DNA of 64,000 nt. It comes from Utricularia gibba (Eukaryota > Plantae > Magnoliophyta). The stretch spans positions 1,178,001 through 1,242,000 of the forward strand of contig NEEC01000018.1 in NCBI GenBank assembly GCA_002189035.1, written 5' to 3'. This document shows, piece after piece, positions 23,558 through 36,228 of the stretch; the stretch's first letter is position 1; the number at the start of each line of letters is the position of its first letter. The position numbers and the translations under genes are program-made. The notes beneath the pieces are model-generated. The model was not told the origin of the DNA and ran no database searches. It worked only from the letters and a program-made list of their open reading frames with translations.

Positions 23558-26500
23558 ATGAAACTCGCCGTCGCCGTCGTGCCCATGTTCCCTCTGCTCC
23601 TCCTCCTGCTGCTGCTGCTATTTGCAGCTCCTTCCTCTTCGCAGAAAATCGTGAGGACGCTTCCGGGTTTCTCTGGAGCTCTCCCCTTCAAACTGGAAAC
23701 TGGGTGAGTTGCTGCTGTTCTCTTCTTCCAACTGCGTGCTTCTTCTCATCTGCAACACTCCCAGGTACGTGAGCGTGGGGGAGAAGGAAGAGACCCACTT
23801 GTTCTACTACTTCGTGGAGTCGCAGGGAAACCCACGGGTCGACCCGTTATTGCTCTGGCACAGCGGCGGGCCGGGATGCTCCAGTCTCTTCGCTCTTCTA
23901 TATGAATTCGGTGAGCTCTTCTCCTTCTTCCAGAGGACTAACTACCCAATTTGGATCTCTGTGCGAAAAAAAATCTGACCTCACCGACAGAGCGAACAGG
24001 TTTTTTTAATAATCCATACAGCACATCACGTACAATAAAACATTATCTATTTTTTAATCTCATATTAGACTTCTGATTTAAATTCTTTGAGATATATTGA
24101 TTTTAATAAACTTTCTCCGAAATCAACTTGTTTTTTATGTTCATTTTTATATATCTATCGATATTTTGAACATTCACGGCATTTTAAACAATCTACAAAA
24201 AATCAAGATTTTAAATTTCTAGATCTTGATCATATTGATAAGATTGACGAATAGATCATGAAAGATGAACATGATCCCATTCTTTGGTACAAAGACAATG
24301 AAATTACAGTAAATAAGTAAGGTAATCATTCATATATTAAAATATAGATTTATAATATGACTAATTGAGAGACATTCGAATCCGACGGCAAACAACCCTG
24401 GAGTGCCGCCCAATCAATGGCGGATGTTCATCCTAAAGTTGGGGTCTTTTTAGTAAAATAAATGTGCAGATTGTTTGTCTTTTTCTAATTTCTTGTGAGG
24501 AAAAGAAACTTGTTTTTTCTAACATGAGAAAATTGTTTTATTGATCTTACAAAACATGTTTTCTTTTTCAAAATAAATTCACATCCTATAATTTGTTTTT
24601 ACTATTTTCAGAATAAATTGGTTTTTAAAGTTTTTCAAGTTTAATCCTTTACTTCAACAATGATATTAAATTTAAAAACATGAAAAGTTTTTTTATATTG
24701 AATAATATATTTTAATTATAAGTATTTTCTCTCAAATACGTGATAAAATAATATCATATTTTGTTTTTCAAATTAATTCCAACCACATTTAATACCTATG
24801 GTGACAAGTTGGAAGGCGTTGCAGGTCCCTTGGCCTTTGATTTAAAGCGTTATTATGCGAGCTCTGAGGTATCTCTTATCACCAGAGACAAAACATGGAC
24901 AAAGGTAAGGAAAGCAATCCAATGGGCATCTTTTGATTCCCTCCCTGTAATCAACCAGCTCAACTCCTTTCATATTGGAGGTTTCTCTGGTTTCTAGTTT
25001 GCAAGCATAATCTTCATCGACTATCCCCCTGGAACTGGATTCGCGTACCAGTCCGCGGCGGCCAGAGGTGGCAACACATCCGACACCATGGTCATGGAGC
25101 AGAATTACGAGTTCATGAGAAAGGTAGTTTTAAGGCATAGGATAGTTGGAGATATTAGGGTTTCACATTTTAGAATGCTATGAAGATAGCAAAATGCCTG
25201 TTTAGTTGATCTGCTCTTATCATGCAGTGGTTGTCGAGTCACCCCAACTTCGTGGGCAATCCTTTGTACATCGGGGGTGATTCCTATGGAGGTAAAATTG
25301 CTGCGTTGGTTGCTCATGCAATTGCCAAAGGTCGGTATATGTTAATTGAATTGATCCATTTTGGAAATAACAATTCGATAGATAACGTATGCTTGAAGCT
25401 ATAGTACATAATTAACGTAAATTATATTCGAAAAAATTAGGTACAATTAATTACTAATTCATAATATGTTATATATTTAATTATATAATTTTAATTTTTT
25501 AATATAATATTATTTGTTAGTATACTGTACTACAGTCAAACTGGTTTTGATTCAATTAACACTTATTATTTTTATTTATGATTGTAAATATTGTTTTTAT
25601 CATATGTTCATCTAATTTATGTCAATTAACACACATGCATCTTATTGTTTTTTTTCAATCAAAACCTAGACAAGAGACCTATCTTAACTACCCAAGGCAT
25701 ACTATAAGCCAAATACTTAGATATCATATTCAAATTAAGGATCCAATTGGTTGAGGAAGGACATGTGTGAAATTCTAATACATAAAAAACCATGGATCAT
25801 ATTTTAAAAGATTGGACTTAATCAATTACTAGCAACCCACAATCTCTTATATATTTAATCATATCATTTTAATCTTCAGATTTGGAATTGTTTGCTTAAT
25901 AATGAATATATAAGTGTCATTGAATAGTAAGACCTATGCAGTCAACAAGCACAGACATCTTATTTTTTTGTAATAGTTATGGTGTATTAGAGAGAACATA
26001 TGTGAAAGTTGCACTACAGTCTTTATGCTTACATAAGCAGCTTGCAGGTGTGACACAAGGACACCATCCTCGCATGGCATTGAAGGTACGCGAGCCCAAT
26101 GCAATTTACACCTGTTTATCTTTGACACATCAAGCTTTATGCGTTTACAGGGATACATCTCCGGCAATGCAATCAACGCCGGTGGGAAGGAATTCAACGA
26201 GAGATTCCGAAGCGCTCATGCAATGGGACTTATATCTGACGAGCATTATGAGGTCTGTTAGCTAACAAACGGATCATCCTCCTGTTACATATTTGAACCC
26301 ACTCCACCTCTTTCAGCATGCAAAAGCAGCATGCAATGGGAACTACTTCGACACAGAAACTAGCAACGGTGATTGCATCGAGGCAGTTGACAGGATGGGT
26401 AAGGTGAGGAAGGTATTATTCAGATATGTGGTTGAGATTGTGGAACTGGACTCCATACATTTGTCACTGTTCTAGCTGCTTGATCGGGTAAATATGGAGC

Positions 26501-27468
26501 ATATAATGGAACCGAGATGCCTCTCACCAGTGGCTATCAAAAAGCCGAGAGAGAATGCAGGATGGGGCGCTTTTTTGGCAGATGACTCTTCTTTCAACTT
26601 CATTACCATGCCTGGAGAGAAGACTTGGTGGTGTAGGGTAACCAATATGCACAAGTGTTTTCCAGTAATCCCTTCAGGGTTCAGAACTCTGCTACATACA
26701 TACATAACTGATGATTTTTTGGTTATTTGCAGGATCTAACCTATCTCCTAATGATTGATTGGGCCAATGATCCTATAGTTCAAGATGCACTCGGTGTTAG
26801 AAAAGTAAGTATCTTCTCTCTAATTTGCTTATTTCCCTCATTCGATGCTGATGTTTGATGGAACAACTCCAGGGAACTACAAGTGAATGGCTAAGATGCC
26901 ATCGCGAAATGATGTATACACACACTGTAGATGTGCAATGCCCCAATGACATCCACCGCTCCCTTAATGATCAAGGTTACAAAGCCTTGGTCTATAGGTA
27001 AGGTCGAGGCCATTTATGTGTGCAATGAATACAAAATACTAACTTGCATAGCATGCATACAGTGGAGATCAAGACCTGCAGATGCCTTTCAGAGGCACAT
27101 TGCTTTGGATTCGACAACTGAATCTCAGTCTAATCGAGGAGTGGAGGCCATGGATTGTGAAGGACCAAGTTGCAGGGCAAGTATTCTCTTTAGTTGCAAA
27201 CTTAATCCATATCCCATCAACCCCAATTTCTATCATCTGTTAATTTACAGGTATACCATGAGATACAAGAACAATGAAGCTGTCCTCACCTTCGCTACTG
27301 TGAAGGTAGGATTTGGAAACCTACAACATAAATGGAGCAGTCTTTTTCCAATACACTCAAGTGAAGGAATGTGGTCTCATGTAGGGTGCTGGCCATACGG
27401 CTTGGGAGCACAAGCCTGAGGAATGCTACACGATGGTGAATAGATGGCTTTCCAATACCCCACTCTAA
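23558..27468 (+). CDS. SCPL: SCPL copy E: clade IA acyltransferase type, 479 aa, intact
   Basis: Exons: 23558-23703, 23765-23910, 24825-24904, 24998-25123, 25228-25330, 26048-26085, 26151-26252, 26317-26403, 26476-26637, 26733-26804, 26873-26997, 27063-27176, 27251-27305, 27385-27468. They total 1440 nt. It has a signal peptide, [21 protein letters not shown] and GAGHT. The intron 12 donor is GC (27177). Confidence 0.92.
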
Positions 27469-28011
27469 AGAGCTTATCTTCTCTGCACTACTTGTACAGT
27501 TGAAGAAACAACCCATGTAAAAGTAAAGATTCTTGATCTATATCCAGTGCACTCTATATGGATAATTTTTATGCAAAATAAACAAAAAAATGTTATCATA
27601 TGTTTAATATGGGATTATGTAAAATTTAATAACATGAATACAGGATGAAATTTTAACGTGGTTTAATCATTACATACATTTGATATGCTTGAAACTCGAA
27701 TTAATTCCAATTATCGATTATCGTATAAATTATTTGCATGACAAGACAATAACATTATAAAATTTATTTCAATAAGCATGAAAAACTCGAGAACCATTAG
27801 AAAATCTAATGAAAAGTTCGTAATTGTATTATATCAAGAAATCCAGAATACACTTTATCTTTAGGGTAGAAATAAAAAAGACAACATTTTAGTGGGCTGG
27901 CTACTGGGAATAGGTCTGATTTGATCATGCTTTTCGGAAAAGTGTTTCTTTGTCCATCCCTTCACCCACCGCGTTTCGTTGTCGGTTCGAAAAAGGTTAC
28001 ACAAGATTTCT

Positions 28012-28184
28012 ATGAGTCACTACAATGAACCTCGGTGGCCGTTCCTCCGCCTCATGGAATGCGTGGCTGTCTATTTTCTTAATTGGGTTTCAGTGATTAC
28101 CCCTAATCTTCTTGATGCCATCGGAGGAGGGGTTCCACTAGGACGCTGCCGACGCCCAGCCGGCGTTTCCGCCGCCAGGTTATC
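28012..28184 (+). pseudogene. CYSTM: CYSTM copy 3: 5' fragment
   Basis: ATG at 28012 (MSHYNEP...), followed by intron 1 and the start of exon 2, homologous to copy 1. It is truncated at about 28184, where it joins SCPL intron 13 sequence. Confidence 0.8.
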
Positions 28185-28314
28185 TTTCTTTTTCCAATAC
28201 ATTGAAGTGAAGGAATGTGGTCTCATGTAGGGTGCTGGGCATACGGCATGGGAGCACAAGCCTGAGGAATGCTACGCAATGGTGGATAGATGGCTTTCCA
28301 ATACCCCACTATAA
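28185..28314 (+). pseudogene. SCPL: SCPL fragment G: end of intron 13 plus exon 14
   Basis: After the acceptor ...ctcatgtag, 28231-28314 encodes [27 protein letters not shown]. The 3' flank matches that of copy B. Confidence 0.9.
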
Positions 28315-29574
28315 AAGAGCTTATCTTCTCTGCACTACTTGTGCAATAATGTAAAAAAGCAACCCAAGTAAAAGTAGCGGTATCCATCCACTCTACATGA
28401 AAAATTTCTTGTTGAAAATGAGCATGAACATATGATAACACTACAAATTTTATTTAAATGAGCATGCAAAACTAGAGAACCATGTGAAAATCTATAGTAA
28501 AGTATATTGTTGTATTAGTTCAAGAAATCTATAGAAAATGAGCCTTAAGGATTTAGCATGGAAATACAAAATGCTAAATTTTTTTGAATATCGAGCATTG
28601 ATCATCCCTTGATGGAGAGTGAGCGTGCTCCCGTCGAACCCTAAATTTTTCATGTTATATGGTGAATTGTAAGTTACGTTTGGAAAAAATAATTTTGAAA
28701 TTATTTTAAAAGTATTAAAATTTTGATAGAATAAAAATTAATATGTGTTTGGAATTATTTTTTTATTATAGAAAGAATTCATGTTTAGAGTGTAAAAAGT
28801 GAGAATTGATCTAATAAGTAAATGACATATTTATTCATACTTATATTTTATAAATTTACAACTTTGAAAAATATGTTTCGTATACTATTTATATTTAAAA
28901 ACTATTATATGATTTTTGAATTATATTTTAAATAATTATTTTAATCTAAAAATATTAATATTAAAAATATTTTTAATATTAAAATAACTAAATTATTTAT
29001 AATAGTTTCAATTACAATTATTTATAAAAATGTTTATGATTATAATTTCCATCTTAGAATCAATTCCCAAAGCTCAATTTTTATAGAGAAGCCACCATAT
29101 AATACTTCTTATAGAATTGAATTGATTTCAAAAAATGAATTCTTGTAAAATAAAATTTGATATACACTTGGAAGATGAAAATAATTTTATCAGAATATAA
29201 TTAATTCTAAAGGAAGTTGCTCGCGGGCGCTGCCTGAGAATTAAATACTTTAGCTACCGGTTGAATCGAATTTAACAGATTATAGGTTCGGATTGTGGCA
29301 CCCTAAAAAATTATGACACTTTACATAACAATCAATGTTAATGTGATTTATTTTTTATTATTTCGTGAAAAAAAAAGAATGTTTAATGGGAACATGAAAA
29401 ATAAATCAGCCTAAAATGTGTGAATTGGATAATATTTTCTTAAACTAGAGACAAAAATTTTTATTTTTTGTTAAATACAAAGAGAATGAGTCAATTAGCT
29501 TGTAATATAGATACATGTCCATTGTCCACCACCCGGGTTTCGTTGTCAGTTGTTGAAGATTACAGAAGATTTCT

Positions 29575-30092
29575 ATGAGTTTTTACAATCTACCTCCGGT
29601 GGCCGCTCCTCCGCCACAAGGCAAATGCGGCTGTTTATTTTCTTCATTGGGTTTCAATGATTAGCCCTAATTTTGTTGATGCCATTCACAGGCTATCCGG
29701 CGGAGGGGTTCCCCAAGGACGCCGCCCCCTACGCCCAGCCGGCGTACCCGCAGCCAGGGTATCCGCAGGGCTACCCTCCCCAGGGATATCCGCCGCCGTA
29801 TCCACCGATGCCGTACCCCTACCCCCGCCGCCTTATGCCCCTCCGCCACAGCAGCAACAGACCGCGAGTGGCAGCGGTTGCTTGGAAGGATGGTACGGTT
29901 ACCGCACGACGCCTTTCTTTTTTTCACGAATCGCAGATCTGAGATGTGTCTGTGTACTAAACCGGCGGATCCCAAAACACACAGTGCAGTAGATTTGCCC
30001 TAATTTTCTCAAGATGGATTTGATTGATTTGTTCATGGTTTTGCAGTTTGGCTGCGCTGTGCTGCTGCTGCCTCCTCGACGCCTGCTTCTAG
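29575..30092 (+). CDS. CYSTM: CYSTM (cysteine-rich transmembrane module) Pro/Tyr-rich protein; one frameshift in exon 2 as assembled
   Basis: Exons 29575-29620 (MSFYNLPPVAAPPPQG), 29692-29892 (YPAEGFPKDAAPYAQPAYPQPGYPQGYPPQGYPPPY...YAPPPQQQQTASGSGCLEG) and 30047-30092 (CLAALCCCCLLDACF*). Exon 2 is 201 nt but needs 3n+1 (202), and the break falls near the C-runs at about 29815-29826. It is either an assembly error or a recent pseudogene. Confidence 0.75.
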
Positions 30093-30817
30093 AAGCTGCG
30101 TATGATCCAGGGTTCCAATTTGCAAATAAATATGAATGAGTTTCCGCTCTTATTTATGCATTAATTAGCCTGGATCCTCTGTTTCACAGTCCATCAAAAA
30201 ATGGTACCATTTCCTATTGTTACATCGGAATCACAATTTAATTTAACAAAAAAAGCAATTTAATTTAACTATTTATTACACAGCATTGAAAAGGTAAAAA
30301 GTATACTTTATATATTAATATGCATGATTTATCTTTCATTCTACTTTTGCATCAATTTATTTTAAAAGTTGTAGAGTATAGCGAAAGGCTCGGTGAACAA
30401 TCCATATGGCACACTTTTTTGTTCTATTCTATCACATTTGTAAGAGTTCGTTTTAGTAGATTATTAATACGTTTAAGTATAATATAATTAAATACGTATA
30501 TCCTTCTCTTCATTTATATATATCATTCATATACTCAAAAAATGAGTATGTGTATGGTATAATTATAAAAAACTTATGTATATATATTAATTAATCAAAT
30601 AATAATATATATGTAAATTTCAATGTAAACATTTTATACCCAACTCCACCATCTACAGAGAAATTAGCTCCTCATCTACACACCAAACTCCAAAGCCTCC
30701 GGCAAATACCCACACCAAACGTAAATCTTTAGAGTGTATACAAATGCGGTACATGTAACGCAGCTCCGCCAGTCGCGAGTTCCGGTTAAAGCTTGCCGTC
30801 ACGCCTCGTCATTGGGT

Positions 30818-30990
30818 ACGTGTCGGCCCCATGAAATGGGGTTAGGTTGGCCGTCGCTGAAGTTTCCTCACTTTATTCACCGGCCTTTGTTTGATAATGC
30901 GTGACTAGTGACCATGTAGAACTTACACAACTCCGCCACCGTCGTTTCCCACGCAACTCCCAACCTCAACACTCAGTCTCTGTGTATATA
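30818..30990 (+). promoter_or_regulatory. Overlapping ABRE and DRE/CRT core plus TATA-like box upstream of the ZAT10-like gene
   Basis: ACGTGTC at 30818-30824 overlaps GTCGGC (GCCGAC on minus) at 30822-30827, and TATATA lies at 30985-30990, 44 nt before the ATG. These are motif matches only, although they fit the known stress induction of ZAT10/STZ-type genes. Confidence 0.5.
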
Positions 30991-31033
30991 GACCCCCCCA
31001 CTCGTTCCCGGCACTCAACACAGATACACACAC

Positions 31034-31543
31034 ATGGCCCTCGACGCGCTCGATTTTGAGGATGCCTCCATGGCGGACGAGGAGTATCTCGCTTTCTGCC
31101 TCCTCATGCTCTCCGGCGGCGAACGACGAGACCCTACCTTTCATCCGTCTGTTTCTCCTGCGCCGCTGATGGACGGTGGGGGTTACAAGTGCAGCGTGTG
31201 TGATAAGGCGTTTTCTTCGTATCAGGCGCTGGGCGGACACAAAGCCAGCCACCGACACAAGCTTCCCCCGCCGCCGCCGTCTTCGTCAATTGGTGAATCA
31301 AGGAGGCCGAATTCGATAAGGAGAGTCCATGAATGCTCTGTCTGCCAGAAGAGTTTCCCCACCGGTCAAGCCCTCGGTGGCCACAAGCGTAAACACTACG
31401 AAGGCGTAATCGGCGGTCCGAAAAGCCGAACCAGTTCGTCAACCGGGAACCACACCCCGGTGCCCAGAAGCTTCGATTTGAATACACCGGCGTCGCCGGA
31501 GTACGAAGAAGTCGAAAGCCGCGTCGTATTGAGTAAACCCTAG
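31034..31543 (+). CDS. Two-finger C2H2 zinc-finger repressor, ZAT10/STZ-like (C1-2i), 169 aa, intronless
   Basis: It has an L-box ([12 protein letters not shown]), two CxxC...QALGGH...H fingers and a C-terminal EAR-type FDLNTP. Confidence 0.93.
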   Translation: MALDALDFEDASMADEEYLAFCLLMLSGGERRDPTFHPSVSPAPLMDGGGYKCSVCDKAFSSYQALGGHKASHRHKLPPPPPSSSIGESRRPNSIRRVHECSVCQKSFPTGQALGGHKRKHYEGVIGGPKSRTSSSTGNHTPVPRSFDLNTPASPEYEEVESRVVLSKP

Positions 31544-32633
31544 TTTGTCATGAATCCATTCCCATTAACACCTCATTATACAACGCAATTCTTTCATTCA
31601 TTCTCATCGTGATCCATATCCATCAAAACGGGGCGGGGCACCCGAATTCGGATTAGGGTGTGAAATTTATAAAAAAAAAAGGTTCTTATTATTTTACTGT
31701 TAATTAAACCTCAATATTTCAAAATAATAGCAAAATTAATTCCTATAATTTAGAAAATTGGTCAACAATAATTCAGTATCTATTATTTTGGTATAATTCA
31801 TTTTTTCATATATAAAATTATTGATATTATTGGTCTCGAATTGTTTAAAAATTTTAACATTATCAGTCTTCAACTAATTGCACTTACTTTATTAAATAAT
31901 AGATATTAATTATGATGGGTATTCAAATAGTACGAAATCAATTAACATATAAAAGTTTTGAAAACTAGTTATACTGATCTATTAAATTTTAATAATTAAC
32001 TATATCAGATACGTAAAATTTTGAGGATCAATTTTACCGGTGGGGATGAAATAGCCGTGGTGAGTTGTACGTTGAGAAATTGGGATTCTGGGTGCACGCT
32101 ATCTAGTTGGGCTTCGTTGATGAAATGGGCCTCCTGGACGGCTCGCGTGTACAGTGGGCCTGGATCAGACTAGAGAAGGAGAGGGTCGAATAAAAAAGAT
32201 GACAAGGAAGATTAAAAAATATTTTTAAAAAAGGGGATTTTATTTATTATTTTAGGGTTCGATTTAGGGGGTTCGTTGGATCGTGGGAACACTCCCGTAG
32301 GCTGCTGCGGCCTCTGCGATCATAGCCTTTTTAATTAATGATCCCTGCACCACGCCCACCTCCTTAAATGCACCCCGAACTGTTTCATTTTATTTATTTA
32401 AAAACATTTATTAATATAAAAAAGTATATCTAAAATTCTTTTATTTTTAAATCTGTCTGTATTAATAAAACTATTTTTGAAAACAAACCTCTAAATTTAT
32501 ATATTACTTGTGAGTCACGTTTGGTATTTGATCAATTGCCATTTGGACCCTATCAACTTAATTCCAATCCAATTCCAAATGATTGATTATTAGATCAACG
32601 TCTAATCCATCTTATTTAATTTTGACCCATCGA

Positions 32634-32815
32634 AATATCGTATTTTTGTTTTTTTTAAATCCAGTTTTTTATACCCTTGTATACGAATATCGTATTTCTA
32701 CTAATTTCTTTTAGTATTCAAGTTTTTTTACTCTTTATGCAAATATCGTATTTCTGTTATTTTATTTTAGTACTCGAATTTTACCTACTTTGATATGAAT
32801 ATCGTATTTCTATTG
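32634..32815. repeat. Degenerate minisatellite, about 56-bp unit, about 4 copies
   Basis: The core aatatcgtattt starts at 32634, 32686, 32742 and 32798 (spacings 52, 56, 56). The intervening sequences are themselves similar. Confidence 0.7.
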
Positions 32816-35800
32816 TTATCTAACATAAAAAGAAATTTCCCGACAATCTTATCGTATTAAAACAATAGAAACATTTGTAAAACAAAAAAAGAGACATATT
32901 GGGGAGAGTTTATGTAAAATGACAATTGCTGTAGGCAGAGCAAATTGGCACATGGGCATCCTCCTAAAAGTAGTATTTACTGATTTATAAAAATATGAGG
33001 AATTTTGTATTTGTCCAAAAAAGAACGCGTTAATTATGCGTCGGCAGTGTGACATGACTGGTGCTAATAAAATATTTCTTGATATTTAATGATGGAAATG
33101 GAGGAGGACAAGTGTCCTTGTAAATGACGTGGACCTGGTGCCAGCTCATTAATACACAATCCAATATTATTATTATTATTTTTCTATAAATTGGTTTGTC
33201 TTCTCTCGATTTCATTAAAATCAAGCATATATTATTAAAAAATGCATCAAATTCTAAAATAGTGACTCAAGTTTTTAATCCCCAGTCTCCTGATCCAACA
33301 AATCCCAAACCGCCGAATTTGATCGATTATCATCATCATATTTTTTCTTATCACAAAATATAACATAAGAAAATAAGAAATAACGATCATTAATAATAAA
33401 AAATTTAGATATGAAATTATTTATAAGGAATGAATTTAAAAATGTATATACATCAAATATTATGTGAAAAAAATAATTATACTATTTGTAAATTTTTTAT
33501 CTGAAAATATGAGAGAGAAATTAACACTGATTAAATTTTCTAAATGATAATTCTATGTCATTTTCTTGCTTATTAATTAGATAATTTTCCAAGTGAGGGG
33601 TGGTTGCTTGGTCCTCAATTTGAAAATTTTGATAAGTCATTTTTATATTTGGAATATGAGAACATAAGGGGGTCCTCTGATTTGATTTATTAAAATAATA
33701 ATGATAATGTGGGTGAAAGTTGGAAAGCAAAGTGTGATTATTATTTTCACTATCAGTGCCTTGATTTCCCACCTGGTAATTAAATCCAAAATATAATCAT
33801 AATAATAATAATAAAATAAAAAGGATGTAATAAATGCAAGTCCTTTCCAGCAATCATATCGCGTTTCTTTTCTAGCGGGCAGAGGGCTGGATGGAATAAT
33901 TAATATTTATTGCAAATTGTGTTTTTAATTTATAAAAATTAGCTGTAACACCAAAATTGGATTGACACTTGACTTATCATCATAAAATAATAATAATAAT
34001 AATAAAGCGCTGGATTTGAGACTTTAATGTGTTTTTGAATGCCCTTTTTCCTACTAAATTTTGTCTCATGTTAACATCTAACATATTATGACATTTTGAT
34101 TTAGGATTAAATGTAGGTGAAATTCATTTGCATTCAAATAAAATATTATGAAAATTTTAAGTATTTTATAAAAGTTTTTGTAAGTGAATGTATATTAAAA
34201 AAATCCTATATAATTTTTTCTAGATAAAATTGACAATTAGGAAAAAAAAAATTGAATCAAAAGGGTTAACCAATTAGTTTGTAATGCATCATGGATCATA
34301 CATTAAATAATAACATTATTATGATACCTAATTTATTGTATTCTATATCACTTTTTATCAAATTCATTATTAGCATATATTTGAATAATCAATTTTAAGT
34401 AAGTATTTTAAGTTAGTACGAATGATCAAGTTGTTCATTCAAATAAATCCATATATATGTAGCTCTTTTTATTGTCAAAAAATTAAAAAAAAATAATTAC
34501 TGATAAAAAGTATTACAATGTATTATTTAATATAAATTTAACTACTCATGTTCTAACCAAACATATCATTGATCCTACAATTAGTTTAGATTTTTATGGA
34601 ATTAATTTTGTCCTATCTTTTTTATCATAGAGTATTAGTTCACATTCATGGTGGAACTCAATTTGAGTTAGCTTGCATTTAATTATTTGAAATTGTGTTG
34701 AATTTGAATTTCTAGAAGATGATCCATTTTTTTGTTACAATGTATACTAATGATATCATGTCTATTCATGTAATATATTAGCTTTAACAAATATATTAAA
34801 ATAATTTTAAAAAATATATCTATTAAATAGATATAATTTAACAATCTCACCATTGTTCCCTTTCAAAATTGCAATCTTTTACTGTATTTTGTAGAGTTTA
34901 AAAGAGTGGCTTTTTTTGCATGTTGGGGTGGGTGGTTTTCTATGAAATTCACTCGCTCCCACTTGTATTTTGTATTGGATAGCGGCACTGGGAAACGAGT
35001 CTAGTCTCATTTGGGGTAACAAGAAAGGATTCGGTGGGTGCCTTCACTTTTGTTCATTTCTTCGAAATTGCTGGGCATATGACAGACAGGGAGCAAGAAA
35101 GCTGAGCATCAGCGGGCGTGCTTCACATCTGTAAATCAAGCTTGTCTTACACAACGACGAGCAAATCCAAAGTTGTCTAGTACGGTTTCTTTCTCGCTTG
35201 CCTCTGCTTTCCCAACGGATTCTCGAACCCGGGTCCCAGAATCACTGGAAAAGGGAATGAGATGCAGACAGGGTATGATGTTTGCTTCTTGTTAATGCTT
35301 GAAAGGAAGAAAGAAGGCATTTTTATGGGTGCTTTCACCTCTTTTCTTTGACCCATTTGCATGCTTCCTTTGCTTTGATTCTCTCTCGTTTCGTTATCAG
35401 ATCGCTCTTACAAGGGTAAAGTAAAATGGAACTGATTTTTTTTGTGGTTCCTGGATTTGCTTATGCAAATAGCAGTAGTCGCAGCTCTTGACGTTTCTTG
35501 AGGTTACATGTGCAGCCGCTCGTGGGTTTTTGGGCGTTTCGCCCTTGTATATCTTTTGCACGTTAACGCACATGGCGATTGCTGGTGCCTTAGTTTTTCT
35601 TTTCTTTTTTTTTTTTATTACTGAGGAAGGAAGATGATGCTGTTTGCTGCTGGTTCTCGAACCTCCATCTTGTTTCTTTTATGCCAGCATTTATAATTGT
35701 TGAAATAGTATGCTTCAAGATCTTCTCTTTTATTTTTACAGCCTAATTATTTGGAACTTGAAGATCTCAAGGGCTGTTGGTTCTCTCTTATTGTCGTAGG

Positions 35801-36228
35801 CAGATCTTTCAAGGAACAGAAAATCATAGGGAACAATTTCTTCTCTGGTCTTCTTCCTACGCAGCCCGGAGGATTATCTCCTCAAAGGTTCAGTTTTTAT
35901 AAACTCTGCGTCTCAGCTCTATAACCCATCTGCTTCTCTTAGCTCTCAAAGAAACCCGCTTTCTATCCTAATTGCTCCGGGGATTCGGTTCATTTTCTCC
36001 GTCCCACATTGGGATCTCTATGTTTCCAGTGAAAATTGCCCATACTGAGAAAGAAATCTGGTCCCCACCACTGTAAAGTACAGCTTGTAGAACTTGCCAT
36101 TTTCATGCTTGTTGGTGATTTGAACGGGAGTTGTTTAGTTGGGAATGTTTGAAAAACCAGCCGCGTGTTTTGCTGTAAAACAAAGAGTTGAAGCTTTACA
36201 CGAGTGCAGAGATCTCTGAGTCAGCAGG

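Noticed and set aside
13597-27468. Idea that one SCPL subtype is a non-catalytic companion paralog
   Set aside because: B, D and E all retain the catalytic Ser, Asp and His, so the sequence gives no support for a dead-enzyme chaperone.
31134-31487. Antisense ORFs over the ZAT10-like gene (also 30923-31258)
   Set aside because: They are shadows of a GC-rich intronless CDS.
32260-32290. Scattered telomere-like TTAGGG(T)/AACCCTAA motifs (also about 6257, 21662, 28637, 54498)
   Set aside because: They are isolated single units, several within duplicated flanks, and do not form an interstitial telomeric array.
32634-32815. Regularly spaced repeat resembling a CRISPR array
   Set aside because: The context is eukaryotic, the spacers are similar to one another, the core is only about 12 bp, and there are no cas genes. 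It is a degenerate minisatellite.
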